A stretch of DNA of 64,000 nucleotides from Desulfobulbaceae bacterium (GCA_019163335.1 JAFLKM010000026.1:26347-90346); one strand, 5' to 3'; counted from the stretch's first letter, positions 1-10,034 are shown. Notes: generated by a model not told the origin, from the sequence alone. Numbers and translations: made by a program.

Positions 1-504
1 GCCGGTCAAAACCGTCTTACCTGGCGGAAAAAAGCGTTCACTGCCGGGCAGGGACAGGCAAATTCGACTGGCCAGGGCCCCGAGTTTTCGATTGGCAAGC
101 CCGGGCACGGAATTCTGTTCATGAATCAGCGTCGGCTTGCCCAATAATTTCGCCGCAACCACCACCGGTCCAGTCACATAGCCGCCAACGCCCACCACCA
201 GGTGAGGACGGAAGCGGAAAATCTGCCAGATCGCCTCGACCAGGGCCAGTGGCAATAACACCAGTGACTGGACCAGGCTCAATAGCCCTTTCCCTTTAAG
301 CCCCTGACAATGAATCGTTCTCACCTGAAAGTCATACCTGGCAAGGCTGGCCGCATCCATCTTCCGCTTCGTCCCCACAAAGCAAACTTTTGTGTCGGGA
401 AACCGCTTACACATGGCCTCAGCCGTGGCAATGGCGGGGAAGAGATGGCCACCGGTTCCACCACCGGTCAATAGCAGACGGAGAGGCTGTTTTGGTGGCT
501 GCAT
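1..504 (-). CDS. murG: MurG (undecaprenyl-PP-MurNAc-pentapeptide GlcNAc transferase), N-terminal part; the gene runs off the left edge
   Basis: My translation of the minus strand from the ATG at 504: [30 protein letters not shown]...VGGYVTGPVVVAAKLLGKPTLIHEQNSVPGLANR. GGTGGH and IHEQN are MurG signatures. It is not in the ORF track because the window truncates it. The start shares base 504 with the murD stop (TGATG). Confidence 0.9.
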   Translation of the reverse strand, partial: MQPPKQPLRLLLTGGGTGGHLFPAIATAEAMCKRFPDTKVCFVGTKRKMDAASLARYDFQVRTIHCQGLKGKGLLSLVQSLVLLPLALVEAIWQIFRFRPHLVVGVGGYVTGPVVVAAKLLGKPTLIHEQNSVPGLANRKLGALASRICLSLPGSERFFPPGKTVLTG

Positions 505-1922
505 CAGCGAGCAGGCACCGAGTTTACCGCTGTTTCGACTGGCCTGTGTTCGGCATTCTGAACCCGATCTAGGAGCTTCTGTGCAGCCGACGCAAAGACC
601 CGGCCCCGATGCCCGTAATTTTCAAACATATCGAAACTGGAACAGGCTGGTGACAACAACACCGTATCCCCGGCCCTGGCAACAGAAGCCGCAAGCTTTA
701 CTGCCTCATCCATGGAACAGGCCTTTCGAATCTCAGTGGCCCCGTCTACAGCTTGGGCAATTAACCCCCCAGCCTCACCGATGAGGATAAGAAGCCGCAC
801 CTTCTTTTGAAGACTCGTCCGCAGCAGGGAATAATCATCGCCTTTATCCCGACCGCCTGCTATCAGTATCACGTTGCCGGAAAAATTATCAAGGGCACTC
901 AGTACAGCCCCGGTATTGGTCGCCTTGGAATCATCATAATAGGCAACTCCGGCTCCGATTCCCACCAGCGCCATACGATGGGCCGCCACCTGAAAGGCAG
1001 CCAGACTCCGCACAATGGATTCCGGCGGACATTCCAGGGTACGGGCGGCAAGGATGGCCGCGGCACTGTTCAAATGTCCGGTGGCAGTATCCAGCATAGT
1101 TCCAGTCAGATCATATTGTTCTGTACGCCCCTGCCACTCCACCCGCACTGCATGCCCGACAACCTTTGCCTGGCAATCATCTCCATGACCAAAGAGGAGC
1201 TGCCGCTGAGTTCCCAATTGTTTCTGCAAATCACGGCACAAAGAGTCGTCACCGCTGACAATGGCGGTATCCTCCGGTCCCTGCCCAGCAAAGATTTTCA
1301 TCTTGGCTGCCGCGTACCCGGCCATATTGCCATGCCGATCCAGATGATCGGGAGTCACATTTAAAAGGAGGGCAACATTGGCCTTAAAATCTCCGGCCGC
1401 CTCCAACTGAAAACTCGAGAGCTCCAGCACCAGCACATCAATACCTTCTGGATTCATCAGATAATCAAAAAGAGACGTCCCGATATTTCCCCCGACAAAA
1501 ACCTTCTTGCCAGCCCCCTCCAGCAACTCTCCAATAAGCGCCGTCACCGTGGTCTTGCCATTGGTGCCGGTAATGGCCACCACTGGCGCCTGGAGCAATG
1601 GTGCGGCCATGGCCAACTCACCCTGCACTGCAATTCCGCAAGAGCGAAGTTCCTGGAGGATCTGCAGATCCCAGCTGATCCCGGGGCTGACCAGAACCTC
1701 ATCGGCCTGCTGCAGAAACGGCAGGGTGTGACCGCCAAGCTCATACTCAACACCCCGCTCTTCCAGAAAGGCCAGATCAGATGCCTGCAGTTTCCCGGCT
1801 TCGGAAACCGACACCTGTGTCCCGCGGGAGACCAGATAGTGCACCGCTGCCCGCCCGGAGACCCCAAGCCCCATCACCGCCACATGACGATTGACCGCTT
1901 TTTTATCTTGTCCATTCATCAT
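504..1922 (-). CDS. murD: UDP-N-acetylmuramoylalanine--D-glutamate ligase MurD
   Basis: 472-aa ORF. It has an N-terminal Rossmann motif ([10 protein letters not shown]) and the Mur-ligase P-loop ITGTNGKTT. It sits in the dcw position between mraY and murG. Confidence 0.93.
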   Translation of the reverse strand: MMNGQDKKAVNRHVAVMGLGVSGRAAVHYLVSRGTQVSVSEAGKLQASDLAFLEERGVEYELGGHTLPFLQQADEVLVSPGISWDLQILQELRSCGIAVQGELAMAAPLLQAPVVAITGTNGKTTVTALIGELLEGAGKKVFVGGNIGTSLFDYLMNPEGIDVLVLELSSFQLEAAGDFKANVALLLNVTPDHLDRHGNMAGYAAAKMKIFAGQGPEDTAIVSGDDSLCRDLQKQLGTQRQLLFGHGDDCQAKVVGHAVRVEWQGRTEQYDLTGTMLDTATGHLNSAAAILAARTLECPPESIVRSLAAFQVAAHRMALVGIGAGVAYYDDSKATNTGAVLSALDNFSGNVILIAGGRDKGDDYSLLRTSLQKKVRLLILIGEAGGLIAQAVDGATEIRKACSMDEAVKLAASVARAGDTVLLSPACSSFDMFENYGHRGRVFASAAQKLLDRVQNAEHRPVETAVNSVPAR

Positions 1923-2998
1923 CGCAGTTTCAGGGTGGCGATGGCCAGCAGCCCCAGCATGATGGAGACGATCCAGAAGCGGACCACCACCTTGGATTCG
2001 TGCCAGCCCTTTTTCTCAAAATGATGATGAAAAGGGGCCATGAGAAAGATCCGTTTGCCGTTTGTCATCTTGAAATAGCCAACCTGCATGATCACCGATA
2101 TGGCCTCCAGGACAAAGATCCCGCCGACAATGGCCAGCAGGAACTCCTGTTTGATGATGATCGCGACCGCTCCCAGGGCACCACCTAAGGCCAGAGACCC
2201 CACATCACCCATAAAGATCTGGGCGGGGTAGGCGTTAAACCACAAAAATCCCAGACAGGCCCCAACCATCGCGCCGCAAAAGATTGCCAGCTCCCCTGCC
2301 CCCGGCACAAAAGGGATCTGGAGATACTCTGCAAGCACGGTATGACCGGCCAGGTAGGAAAAGATGAGATACACCGAGGCCGAAATCACCGTTGGGCCGG
2401 TGGCCAGGCCGTCGAGGCCATCGGTGAGGTTCACTGCATTTGATGCGCCGACGATGACCACCACGGCAAAGACCAGATAAAACCAGCCAAGATCCGGATG
2501 GATATTTTTAAAAAAAGGCACACTCAAATGACCATCAAATCCGGGATGAAGAAGGAGGAAAAGGCCGACAATGGAGGCCCCGGCAATTTGCAGCAACATC
2601 TTGGCACGGGCGCTCAGCCCTTTACTGTTTTGTTTGCGCACCTTTTTCAGATCATCAATGGCGCCAATCATCCCGAAAAACAAGGTCACAACGAGCAGCA
2701 GCCAGACCAGCAGACTGTCAAGTCTTGCCCACAGCAGGGTCGAACCGGTGATGGCGGACAAAATCAAAACCCCGCCCATGGTGGGCACCCCCTTCTTGGC
2801 CAGATGGGTTTCCGGCCCATCATCGCGCACCACCTGACCTATCTGAAAGCGCCGCAAGGCTCGTATGAATATGGGCCCCAGAACAATCATCAGAAGGAAT
2901 GCGGTCAATGCCCCGCCGATGGAACGGACGGTGATATACCGAAAAACGTTAAATCCGCTGAAGACGGTATGTAATGGATAGAGTAAATGATAGAGCAT
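1919..2998 (-). CDS. mraY: Phospho-N-acetylmuramoyl-pentapeptide transferase MraY
   Basis: 359-aa polytopic membrane ORF with [13 protein letters not shown] and [13 protein letters not shown] motifs. It overlaps the murD start by 4 nt. Confidence 0.95.
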   Translation of the reverse strand: MLYHLLYPLHTVFSGFNVFRYITVRSIGGALTAFLLMIVLGPIFIRALRRFQIGQVVRDDGPETHLAKKGVPTMGGVLILSAITGSTLLWARLDSLLVWLLLVVTLFFGMIGAIDDLKKVRKQNSKGLSARAKMLLQIAGASIVGLFLLLHPGFDGHLSVPFFKNIHPDLGWFYLVFAVVVIVGASNAVNLTDGLDGLATGPTVISASVYLIFSYLAGHTVLAEYLQIPFVPGAGELAIFCGAMVGACLGFLWFNAYPAQIFMGDVGSLALGGALGAVAIIIKQEFLLAIVGGIFVLEAISVIMQVGYFKMTNGKRIFLMAPFHHHFEKKGWHESKVVVRFWIVSIMLGLLAIATLKLR

Positions 2999-3149
2999 AA
3001 AAATAGGTCTCTAGTAAAAAATATTTTGATGATTCATGAAAACGATCCAATCAGAGTCAGGCGGACCACCTTGCAGGAGAAACCGGTCGACTGTTTTGCT
3101 TCGCCGAATCTTTATGGCTGCAGCCTGCTGCCTTCTACCTTCAATCCTT

Positions 3150-6100
3150 TTATACCCCGACCAACTGCGCCACCACTTCCTCCAGACGCATCCCCCGGGA
3201 GCCTTTCACCAGCAGCCAGTCATCAGCCTGCAGGCGACCAGTCTCGAGAAGTTCCTCAATCCAGGAGGCCACATCCTTCTTGTCCGCAAAAATTCTGACT
3301 CGCTCACTCTCCAGGCCGGCCTTGCTGGCTCCTGCGGCGACCTCCGAGGCAAAATCCCCCACCAGCGCCAGATAATCAACAGCCTGCGCCGCGGCATATT
3401 TTCCCACTTCGCGGTGCACCTCGGCACTGGTCGGCCCCAGCTCAAGCATATCTCCAAGAATCGCCAGCCTTCTGCCCCTTGTCTGCTGCCCAAGGGTGGC
3501 AAGCCCGGCCCGCATGGAGGCGGGATTGGCATTATAGGTATCGTTCAGGATATTTAATCCGCCCTTTCCCTTGACGATCTGCATCCGCTTATCGGCAGAG
3601 CGAAAGGCGCCAAGGCCTGCGGCAATTTCAACGATGTCGATTCCTGCGGCATGACCAATGGCCGCAGCGGCCACCGCATTGGAGACATTATGGACACCAG
3701 GGATATGCAGGGAGACCAGCACCGTTTTGCCGGCAATATGGAGGAAAAAATCCTGCAATCCCCCCCCGATTTTCTGGATATCGGTGGCCCAGACCTCAGG
3801 GGCCGGCTGCACCCCTTCAAGGGCAGTTCCGTAATAGACTTTCTTCTGCTGATAGTTAGCAGCGCAGACCTGCACAAGGGGATCATCAAGGTTCACCACC
3901 AGAACCGTATCCTTGCCACTTGCCGCGAACAACTCTTCCTTGGCCTTGGCTACCCCTTCCAGTGAATGCAATCCCTCCAGGTGAGCCGCATGAATATTAA
4001 CAATACAGGCTATATCAGGATCGGCAATACGGGCAAGGCGGGCAATCTCGCCGGGGCGGTTCATCCCCATTTCCAAAACGGCAGCCCTGTGTGCGGGGCC
4101 AATGGGCAGGAGCGACAAAGGCAACCCGATCAGATTATTAAAATTTCCCCTGGTTTTCAGCACTTGATTAGACGGCGATTGAACATCCACTTCCGCAGAC
4201 GGCCAATGCTGCTCAAAGATCGCAGCAACCATCTCTTTGACCGTTGTCTTGCCGCAGCTGCCGGTAATTCCAACCACCAGAGGCCACACTTTTTTCTGTC
4301 GCACTTCATCCATCCATGAGGCGAGTGACTCCGACTCTGCCATGGCCTGTATCCCCGGCTCACCGGACTTTGAAACATCAATGACCGGTGGACAGTTCAC
4401 GCTCTTTACTATCTGTCGCCGGTAAGCAGCGAGATCGCCCAAGGCCTGAAGGGTATCGTCCACCAGCAGACAGGGCACGGCGGGAAGTTTCTCTCGTGGA
4501 GTATCGCGACGCACCACAAGACAGCCCACCCCGGCAGCGGCCACCTGCTCTAAAAAATCATGCCCGTCGAATTGTTTTCCAACCAGGGCAACAAAGATGT
4601 CTCCAGCCCCCACCTTTCGGCTGTCGGTCACCACAGCCCCTAATGCTGCCCTTCGTATCAACCCTGCCGGCTCAGTTTTCAATTCACCGTGCGTTGCGAG
4701 CATGAGCCCCTCAAACCTCCAGGTGGTCAGGCCCTTTTTAACTTCAAGAGTATCATCAAAAAAACGCTTTCCGTCCTGTCCCTGCTGATACAGTTCATGC
4801 CCTTTCCCGGCAACAAGCACAATATCTTCATTGGTGGCTGCATCGATTGCTGCGGTGATCGCAGCGGCACGATCATGGAGGACAAAAAAACCTTTTTCTT
4901 CGGCCTTTGACATCATAAGCCAGGAGGGATCACGCTCAGGAAGATCGCTGGCGCTGACACCGGAGACGATCTGGGAGACTATTTCAACGGGTGATTCGGA
5001 GCGCGGATTATCGTCAGTAACAAGCACCACATCACAATTCCGACCGGCAATCTCCCCCATAATCGCCCGTTTTCCCTTATCGCGATCCCCCCCGCAGCCA
5101 AAAACACAGATCAACTTCCGGTGCGATAATCGGGCAAGGGTGGTCAACACCTTTTCAAGGGCATCAGGAGTATGGGCATAATCAACAAATACCGCCGGAC
5201 GAAAATGGAGCTCTGCAACGGCTGGTTTCACCCGTTGCAGACGACCTGGGGCACCGGTGGCATGCTTCATGAATGAGCTTATGGACTTCGCCTCAAGGCC
5301 CAGGGCCAGACCAAGCCCCACTGCTGTCTGGAGGTTGGCCACATTAAACTCCCCCACCAGAGGCGTTTCAAAAAATAAAAATCCAGAGGGGAGACGCAGG
5401 GTCAACGTTGTTACATCCAATCCTGAGTGAACATTGAGAGGATAGATATCACTCATCCCGACTCGTCCGCACTGTAATACCTGGGCCCTGTGATCTTGTG
5501 CCAGACTGACCAACCAGGCAGCCCTCCCTGTTTCCTCAGAATCCACAATTCCCGGACGGCTAATAATGGCGGCACCATCCTGCTTTAAGTGGTCTTTAAA
5601 CAGTAAGGACTTAGCTATAAAATAATCATCCATATCCCGGTGGTAATCAAGATGATCCCGGGAAAGATTGGTAAAGGCCACCACATCAAAACAAAGATCA
5701 CCAAGACGGCGTTGAACCAGGGCGTGCGAAGAAACCTCCATGACGACATGGGTCACTCCAGCGTCTGCCATCTGGCGGAGAAGGCCCTGAAGCAAAAACG
5801 GCTCCGGCGTCGTAAACGGGGCCGGCATCTCCACATCCTGGCCTTGCGGACCCCGGTAACGATAGTTGACCGTCCCGATAACCCCCACTGCCAGACCTTT
5901 CTGCCGCAGGATACTTTCCAGAAGATAGCTGACCGTGGTCTTGCCATTGGTCCCGGTAATCCCCACCAAGGTCAGCCCTTGGGCGGGATTGCCATAGAAA
6001 TTAGCAGCGATCCGGGCATAGGCCAGATGGCTGTCTGCCACCATAATGACACATTGAGAACAATCAGCAAACCGCTCCGGATCCACCTTGCCCTCTTCAA

Positions 6101-6518
6101 CGATAAAAGCCACGCAACCGCAGGCCACGGATGGCCCCGTGTCGCTCTCCCCAGGGATGGTTGAAGGGTGACCGCAAGCCATGGACGGCTCAGTGTCGCT
6201 CACTCCAGGGATGGTTGAAGGGTGACCGCAAGCCATGGACGGCTCAGTGTCGCTCGCTCCAGGGATGGATGAAGAGCGACCGCAGGCCATCACCTGATCA
6301 AGAAAGGCATGCCCATCGGCCTTGCTCCCGGTCAGGGCAACAAAAAGAGAACCGGCCTCGATCTTTCGAGAATCCACCACCACCCCCGAGACCATCACAT
6401 CGTCGGGCAGCTTTTTCCCCAAAACCGCATAGGTGATTGAGTGAAGAAGCCCCGTAAGCGAATATTCACGGCTGTTCCCCCTCAGGGCAGACTGCTGTTC
6501 AGCTCTGGTGCAATCCAT
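3150..6518 (-). CDS. murE-murF: Fused MurE-MurF: UDP-MurNAc-tripeptide synthetase (meso-DAP type) plus UDP-MurNAc-pentapeptide synthetase
   Basis: One uninterrupted 1122-aa ORF with two complete Mur-ligase units. Unit 1 has P-loop [10 protein letters not shown] and the DAP-specific TDDNPRSE motif. Unit 2 has P-loop GITGSCGKTT and NDTYNANPASM. The junction is near aa 597-600 (about nt 4724). Confidence 0.9.
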   Translation of the reverse strand: MDCTRAEQQSALRGNSREYSLTGLLHSITYAVLGKKLPDDVMVSGVVVDSRKIEAGSLFVALTGSKADGHAFLDQVMACGRSSSIPGASDTEPSMACGHPSTIPGVSDTEPSMACGHPSTIPGESDTGPSVACGCVAFIVEEGKVDPERFADCSQCVIMVADSHLAYARIAANFYGNPAQGLTLVGITGTNGKTTVSYLLESILRQKGLAVGVIGTVNYRYRGPQGQDVEMPAPFTTPEPFLLQGLLRQMADAGVTHVVMEVSSHALVQRRLGDLCFDVVAFTNLSRDHLDYHRDMDDYFIAKSLLFKDHLKQDGAAIISRPGIVDSEETGRAAWLVSLAQDHRAQVLQCGRVGMSDIYPLNVHSGLDVTTLTLRLPSGFLFFETPLVGEFNVANLQTAVGLGLALGLEAKSISSFMKHATGAPGRLQRVKPAVAELHFRPAVFVDYAHTPDALEKVLTTLARLSHRKLICVFGCGGDRDKGKRAIMGEIAGRNCDVVLVTDDNPRSESPVEIVSQIVSGVSASDLPERDPSWLMMSKAEEKGFFVLHDRAAAITAAIDAATNEDIVLVAGKGHELYQQGQDGKRFFDDTLEVKKGLTTWRFEGLMLATHGELKTEPAGLIRRAALGAVVTDSRKVGAGDIFVALVGKQFDGHDFLEQVAAAGVGCLVVRRDTPREKLPAVPCLLVDDTLQALGDLAAYRRQIVKSVNCPPVIDVSKSGEPGIQAMAESESLASWMDEVRQKKVWPLVVGITGSCGKTTVKEMVAAIFEQHWPSAEVDVQSPSNQVLKTRGNFNNLIGLPLSLLPIGPAHRAAVLEMGMNRPGEIARLARIADPDIACIVNIHAAHLEGLHSLEGVAKAKEELFAASGKDTVLVVNLDDPLVQVCAANYQQKKVYYGTALEGVQPAPEVWATDIQKIGGGLQDFFLHIAGKTVLVSLHIPGVHNVSNAVAAAAIGHAAGIDIVEIAAGLGAFRSADKRMQIVKGKGGLNILNDTYNANPASMRAGLATLGQQTRGRRLAILGDMLELGPTSAEVHREVGKYAAAQAVDYLALVGDFASEVAAGASKAGLESERVRIFADKKDVASWIEELLETGRLQADDWLLVKGSRGMRLEEVVAQLVGV
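6126..6287 (-). repeat. In-frame 54-bp tandem repeat, three copies, inside the N-terminal domain of the MurE part
   Basis: Read directly. Plus-strand units sit at about 6127-6180, 6181-6234 and 6235-6288 and are near-identical (atggacggctcagtgtcgctcactccagggatggttgaagggtgaccgcaagcc). They encode ACG(R/H)(S/P)S(S/T)IPG.SDT(E/G)PS(M/V) three times, then run into ACGCVAFIVEE. Confidence 0.95.
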
Positions 6519-6587
6519 TAAGAATGGTCAAGGAATGAATGTTATGGATAATAAGTGAAATCCTGAGAAGGAAGGAGAGACAGCTCC

Positions 6588-8540
6588 TTATTTCTTCATC
6601 TCAGGACGACGACCTTCTTCTACTTTTCGATCACGGGCGGCAGGAACTTTGCTTGGAGCTGAAACCTTTGGAACAATCTTTTCATCTTTTTTCAGGGTAA
6701 GTCGACACTCTTTCACATTCGCAAGCGGCATGCCGGCCCCGGGACTTTGACCAACCACACGGCCCGTCCCCTGAATCCGAATCCTGACATTTTTATCCTG
6801 CAACAGGCGAAGAGCCTTTCTCAAACTCACCCCGGATAGATCCGGCATCACAGGATGTTGCTCCTCAAGAATGGTCTCCAGTCGGGCCAGCTTCTTTTTC
6901 TCTTGCTGCTGCTGATAATTACTTTCTTTCCTCTCAGACATACCCATCATGTCAGAAAGATTTTTATGTACCTGCTGCAACGCCATCATGGACGGAAGAA
7001 TTTTCTCCGCTGAACCGGCAAGACCAGGGACGCCTTTCACTGAGGCTGTGGACGGCTCCAGATATGGCTGACGGATCAACACCATCAACGTCAACTCCGG
7101 CTTGTCTCCCGGGACAATCGCCAGCAACAATCTATTCCGGTGATACTCGCCGCCCTTATTCAGAACCGGCTGAAAAGAAAGGCCCTGAATATCAATCAGG
7201 GCGGAGTCCAGCACCCCTGTATGGGCCCTGGCCTTCAGCAGTTGCCAGGTTTCTGCCGAAGCCAGTGAAGAATTCGCTACATCCACCTTCCCCGCATTCA
7301 GATCACGAAAAAAATACTCCCGATCACCAGTTCGTTCGAGGACCCGATCAAGCACATGCGGCAAGACCTTGTGCCCCCCATTGACAAGGGCGTTGATCCC
7401 AAGCAGTATCTGCATGGGGCTTGCCTGCACCGGCACGGTTCCGGTTGCGCCGGCGGAAGGAATCCCGGGGGTCTGTTCGTTTCTGATTGCCCCGCCACCA
7501 CCATTCTGGGCTGAAAAATCAAGGTCAGGATGAGCGGTCAAGTCCAGCTGCTCCCACCACCGCGCCACACTTCCGCTATCCGCAGACCCTGCGACAACAC
7601 TCCAGGGGCACCTGTGATTATTACAGTCTGGACCCGTCTGCACCAACGCTGCTTCTTGAAAAAACCTCAGGATATCCTGGGGAATCACCATTGGTTCAAG
7701 CAAGATGTTGGCAAGAGATTCATTACCGTACTGGTAATAGACATTTGGATCAAAGGAGGGGAAATTTGCGTTGGCAATGATTGCGCCTGTCTCTGTCCCC
7801 ACGAGCACGGCTGCCACCTGCACTCCCTCATGGGCCGCCCCCAGAGCCGCCACGTATTTCTCAAGAAAGTCCTGTATTTTGAGATCGATGGTCAAGACAA
7901 GATGCTGACCATGCCCGCCGGTCCGATGATGTCCCTGCATATCGACACGGGGAAAGTCATCCTGACTGATACTGGTTTGATCAAGGAGACGGTTGTAATA
8001 CTGTTCTACCCCCGCAAGACCCATATTATGGTCAGAAAAGCCAAGGATATGGGCCGCGATCTTCTTGTATGGGTAGGAACGAATCTGCTCCCGGTGCAGA
8101 GAGACTCCAGGAAGTTTGAGATCAGACACCGCCTTTTCTTCTTCCAGGCTTATATCTTTAGCCAGCCAGACCCACTGCACTTCTTTATCAAAACGGTCCA
8201 GTATCTCTTGTTCATTCATTCCAAGAACAATGGCCAGGCGTTCGGCGCTGAGTTGAGGATCTTCAAGCTCTCTTGGTCGTACATACACTGAGACTCGATC
8301 AAGAGAAATGGCCAGCTCTTTGAAACTTCGATCATAAATCGTTCCACGCCCATTCTTTTTCTTCTCTGCTCCCTTTTCCTGACGGGAGAACATGGAAAGC
8401 GCATTCTGAACCAGTCCAGGAATCTCCTGTTTATAATAAACAGCGCCACCGACACCACCGACAAGACCGATCAACAGCATCCACAGAACGACAAGGCCCC
8501 GCCTGCTTTTCTTAATCGCCCGACGCGACTGAATGGCCAT
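6588..8540 (-). CDS. ftsI: Class B penicillin-binding protein homolog in the FtsI position, with a C-terminal PASTA domain; the transpeptidase active-site motif is degenerate
   Basis: 650-aa ORF. It has an N-terminal TM helix, PBP dimerisation-type motifs (RGTIYDRSFKELA, RSYPYKKIAAHILGF) and a transpeptidase-like core (ANFPSFDPN...). A PASTA-like segment is at the C-terminus (PDLSGVSLRKALRLLQDKNVRIRIQGTGRVVGQSPGAG). The expected EPGS..K reads EPMVIPQ at nt 7677-7697. Confidence 0.8.
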   Translation of the reverse strand: MAIQSRRAIKKSRRGLVVLWMLLIGLVGGVGGAVYYKQEIPGLVQNALSMFSRQEKGAEKKKNGRGTIYDRSFKELAISLDRVSVYVRPRELEDPQLSAERLAIVLGMNEQEILDRFDKEVQWVWLAKDISLEEEKAVSDLKLPGVSLHREQIRSYPYKKIAAHILGFSDHNMGLAGVEQYYNRLLDQTSISQDDFPRVDMQGHHRTGGHGQHLVLTIDLKIQDFLEKYVAALGAAHEGVQVAAVLVGTETGAIIANANFPSFDPNVYYQYGNESLANILLEPMVIPQDILRFFQEAALVQTGPDCNNHRCPWSVVAGSADSGSVARWWEQLDLTAHPDLDFSAQNGGGGAIRNEQTPGIPSAGATGTVPVQASPMQILLGINALVNGGHKVLPHVLDRVLERTGDREYFFRDLNAGKVDVANSSLASAETWQLLKARAHTGVLDSALIDIQGLSFQPVLNKGGEYHRNRLLLAIVPGDKPELTLMVLIRQPYLEPSTASVKGVPGLAGSAEKILPSMMALQQVHKNLSDMMGMSERKESNYQQQQEKKKLARLETILEEQHPVMPDLSGVSLRKALRLLQDKNVRIRIQGTGRVVGQSPGAGMPLANVKECRLTLKKDEKIVPKVSAPSKVPAARDRKVEEGRRPEMKK

Positions 8541-8697
8541 CGTATCTTATTGCCTATCCACTGTAAAAGTGTTCATCTGGATGTCAAAAATGGCAGAAAA
8601 CAGCCTCATCACAGATTTTCCTGACTACGCACGGTTGTTATCTGCCAGAGGCCATATCAAGAAACAGCTGAACATATTGCTGTTTCACAGGGGACCT

Positions 8698-9111
8698 CTA
8701 AAAACGAAAGACTTGTCTTTTTTCAGGGACATACAGGGCAAACCGATGAGCCGCTGTCTTCTCCAGATACTCCGGGGAAACGAGATAGGCCCGCTCTGCC
8801 CTGAGCGTGATGTTTTCGTCTACAAGGGCGGAACGACCCTCCTCAGCTTCCAGCACCGTCACCGCAATCCGCGAGGAAGAAGAAGACAACCAGGCATTGG
8901 CCAGCAGCAGAGTCAGACAGAAAATGAACAAAATCTTTGCTTCCGCCATCATCATTACTTTTGGCCCAAGCAGACCAACGGCCCTTTGCCACAGGTGCCG
9001 GCGCACCGGAGAAGAGATCATCGGACGGATATACGATTGAGCGGATTGATGAATAAACATGATAGTCAGCTCCTGAATTTGCTTCACAAGGGATTTTTTT
9101 AAACTCTCCAT
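8698..9111 (-). CDS. ftsL: Cell division protein FtsL-like (small bitopic protein)
   Basis: The internal start MESLKK lies 15 nt after the rsmH stop; the longer track ORF overlaps rsmH. It has a single TM helix (ILFIFCLTLLLANAWL) followed by a coiled-coil-like segment. It occupies the canonical slot between rsmH and ftsI. Confidence 0.65.
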   Translation of the reverse strand: MESLKKSLVKQIQELTIMFIHQSAQSYIRPMISSPVRRHLWQRAVGLLGPKVMMMAEAKILFIFCLTLLLANAWLSSSSSRIAVTVLEAEEGRSALVDENITLRAERAYLVSPEYLEKTAAHRFALYVPEKRQVFRF

Positions 9112-9125
9112 TCCGACCCGAACCA

Positions 9126-10034
9126 CTATTTTTTCTCGGCAACCCTTAATCGGGCACTTCGCGACCGGGGATTCTCCGCAACCTCTGCCGGTGTCGCCAT
9201 TAAGGGTTTCGGGGTAAGGACAGAGAGCTCCTTCTGTTCCCGAAATTTCCGTTTCACCAGACGATCCTCCAGGGAGTGAAACGAGATCACACAAAACCTT
9301 GCACCAGTTCGCAGCAGCGGCACGGCATCCTCAAGGATGTGGGCCAGGTTTTCAAGCTCGGTGTTCACCGCTATTCGCAGAGCCTGAAAGACCTTGGTGG
9401 CGACATGAATCTTTTCAGGATGAAACCGGCGCGGAATAGCCCGGGCCACAAGTGCGGCCAGTTGCCCGGAGGTCAGAATCCTTTCCACAATGCGACTGCT
9501 GCAGACCTCACGGGCAATGGGCCGGGCCTGTTTTTCATCGCCGTAATAAAAGAAAATGTCTGCCAACTCTTCTTCGGTACATCGTGCCAGAAGGGATGCG
9601 GCCGTCATCTCCCGCCTGTTGTCCATCCGCATATCCAGGGGCTCATCCCGCTGAAAACTGAATCCCCGACCTCCCATGTCCAGCTGCAGGGAAGAAAGGC
9701 CAATATCAATGAGAATGCCATCCACCTGTTCAATGCCAAGCTCTTTTAATCCAACACCGATTTCAGCAAAATTGCGCCGGACAATGGTCAGTCGATCCCC
9801 AAAAGACTCCAATCTGAGGCGGCTCCGAAGGATGGCTGCCTCATCCCATTCAAAAGCGACAACCCTGCCATCCGGCGCTGAATGACGTAAAATTGCCTCG
9901 GTATGTCCACCAAGCCCCAGGGTTCCATCCACATACAGCCCACCTGGACGGGGAGCAAGATAGTGGAGAACCTCTTTGGGAAGGACAGAGCAATGAACAG
10001 GAACCGCCTGTTCAGCCTGCGCCACAACCGCCAT
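9126..10034 (-). CDS. rsmH: 16S rRNA (cytosine1402-N4)-methyltransferase RsmH (MraW)
   Basis: Motifs VDGTLGLGGHT, GPLDMRMD-like (EPLDMRMD) and SFHSLEDR. The ATG at 10034 overlaps the mraZ stop. Confidence 0.93.
   Translation of the reverse strand: MAVVAQAEQAVPVHCSVLPKEVLHYLAPRPGGLYVDGTLGLGGHTEAILRHSAPDGRVVAFEWDEAAILRSRLRLESFGDRLTIVRRNFAEIGVGLKELGIEQVDGILIDIGLSSLQLDMGGRGFSFQRDEPLDMRMDNRREMTAASLLARCTEEELADIFFYYGDEKQARPIAREVCSSRIVERILTSGQLAALVARAIPRRFHPEKIHVATKVFQALRIAVNTELENLAHILEDAVPLLRTGARFCVISFHSLEDRLVKRKFREQKELSVLTPKPLMATPAEVAENPRSRSARLRVAEKK

Noticed and set aside
6126-6287. Considered whether the 54-bp repeats could be a mini CRISPR array or a satellite.
   Set aside because: The units are directly abutting with no spacers. 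They are in frame and fully inside the murE-murF ORF, so this is a coding tandem repeat.
8698-9294. Full-length 198-aa track ORF for the ftsL position, and the 189-aa plus-strand ORF at 8533-9102.
   Set aside because: The 5' third of the 198-aa ORF overlaps the rsmH coding region. An internal ATG just after the rsmH stop gives an FtsL-sized bitopic protein. The plus-strand ORF is antisense and has no supporting features.
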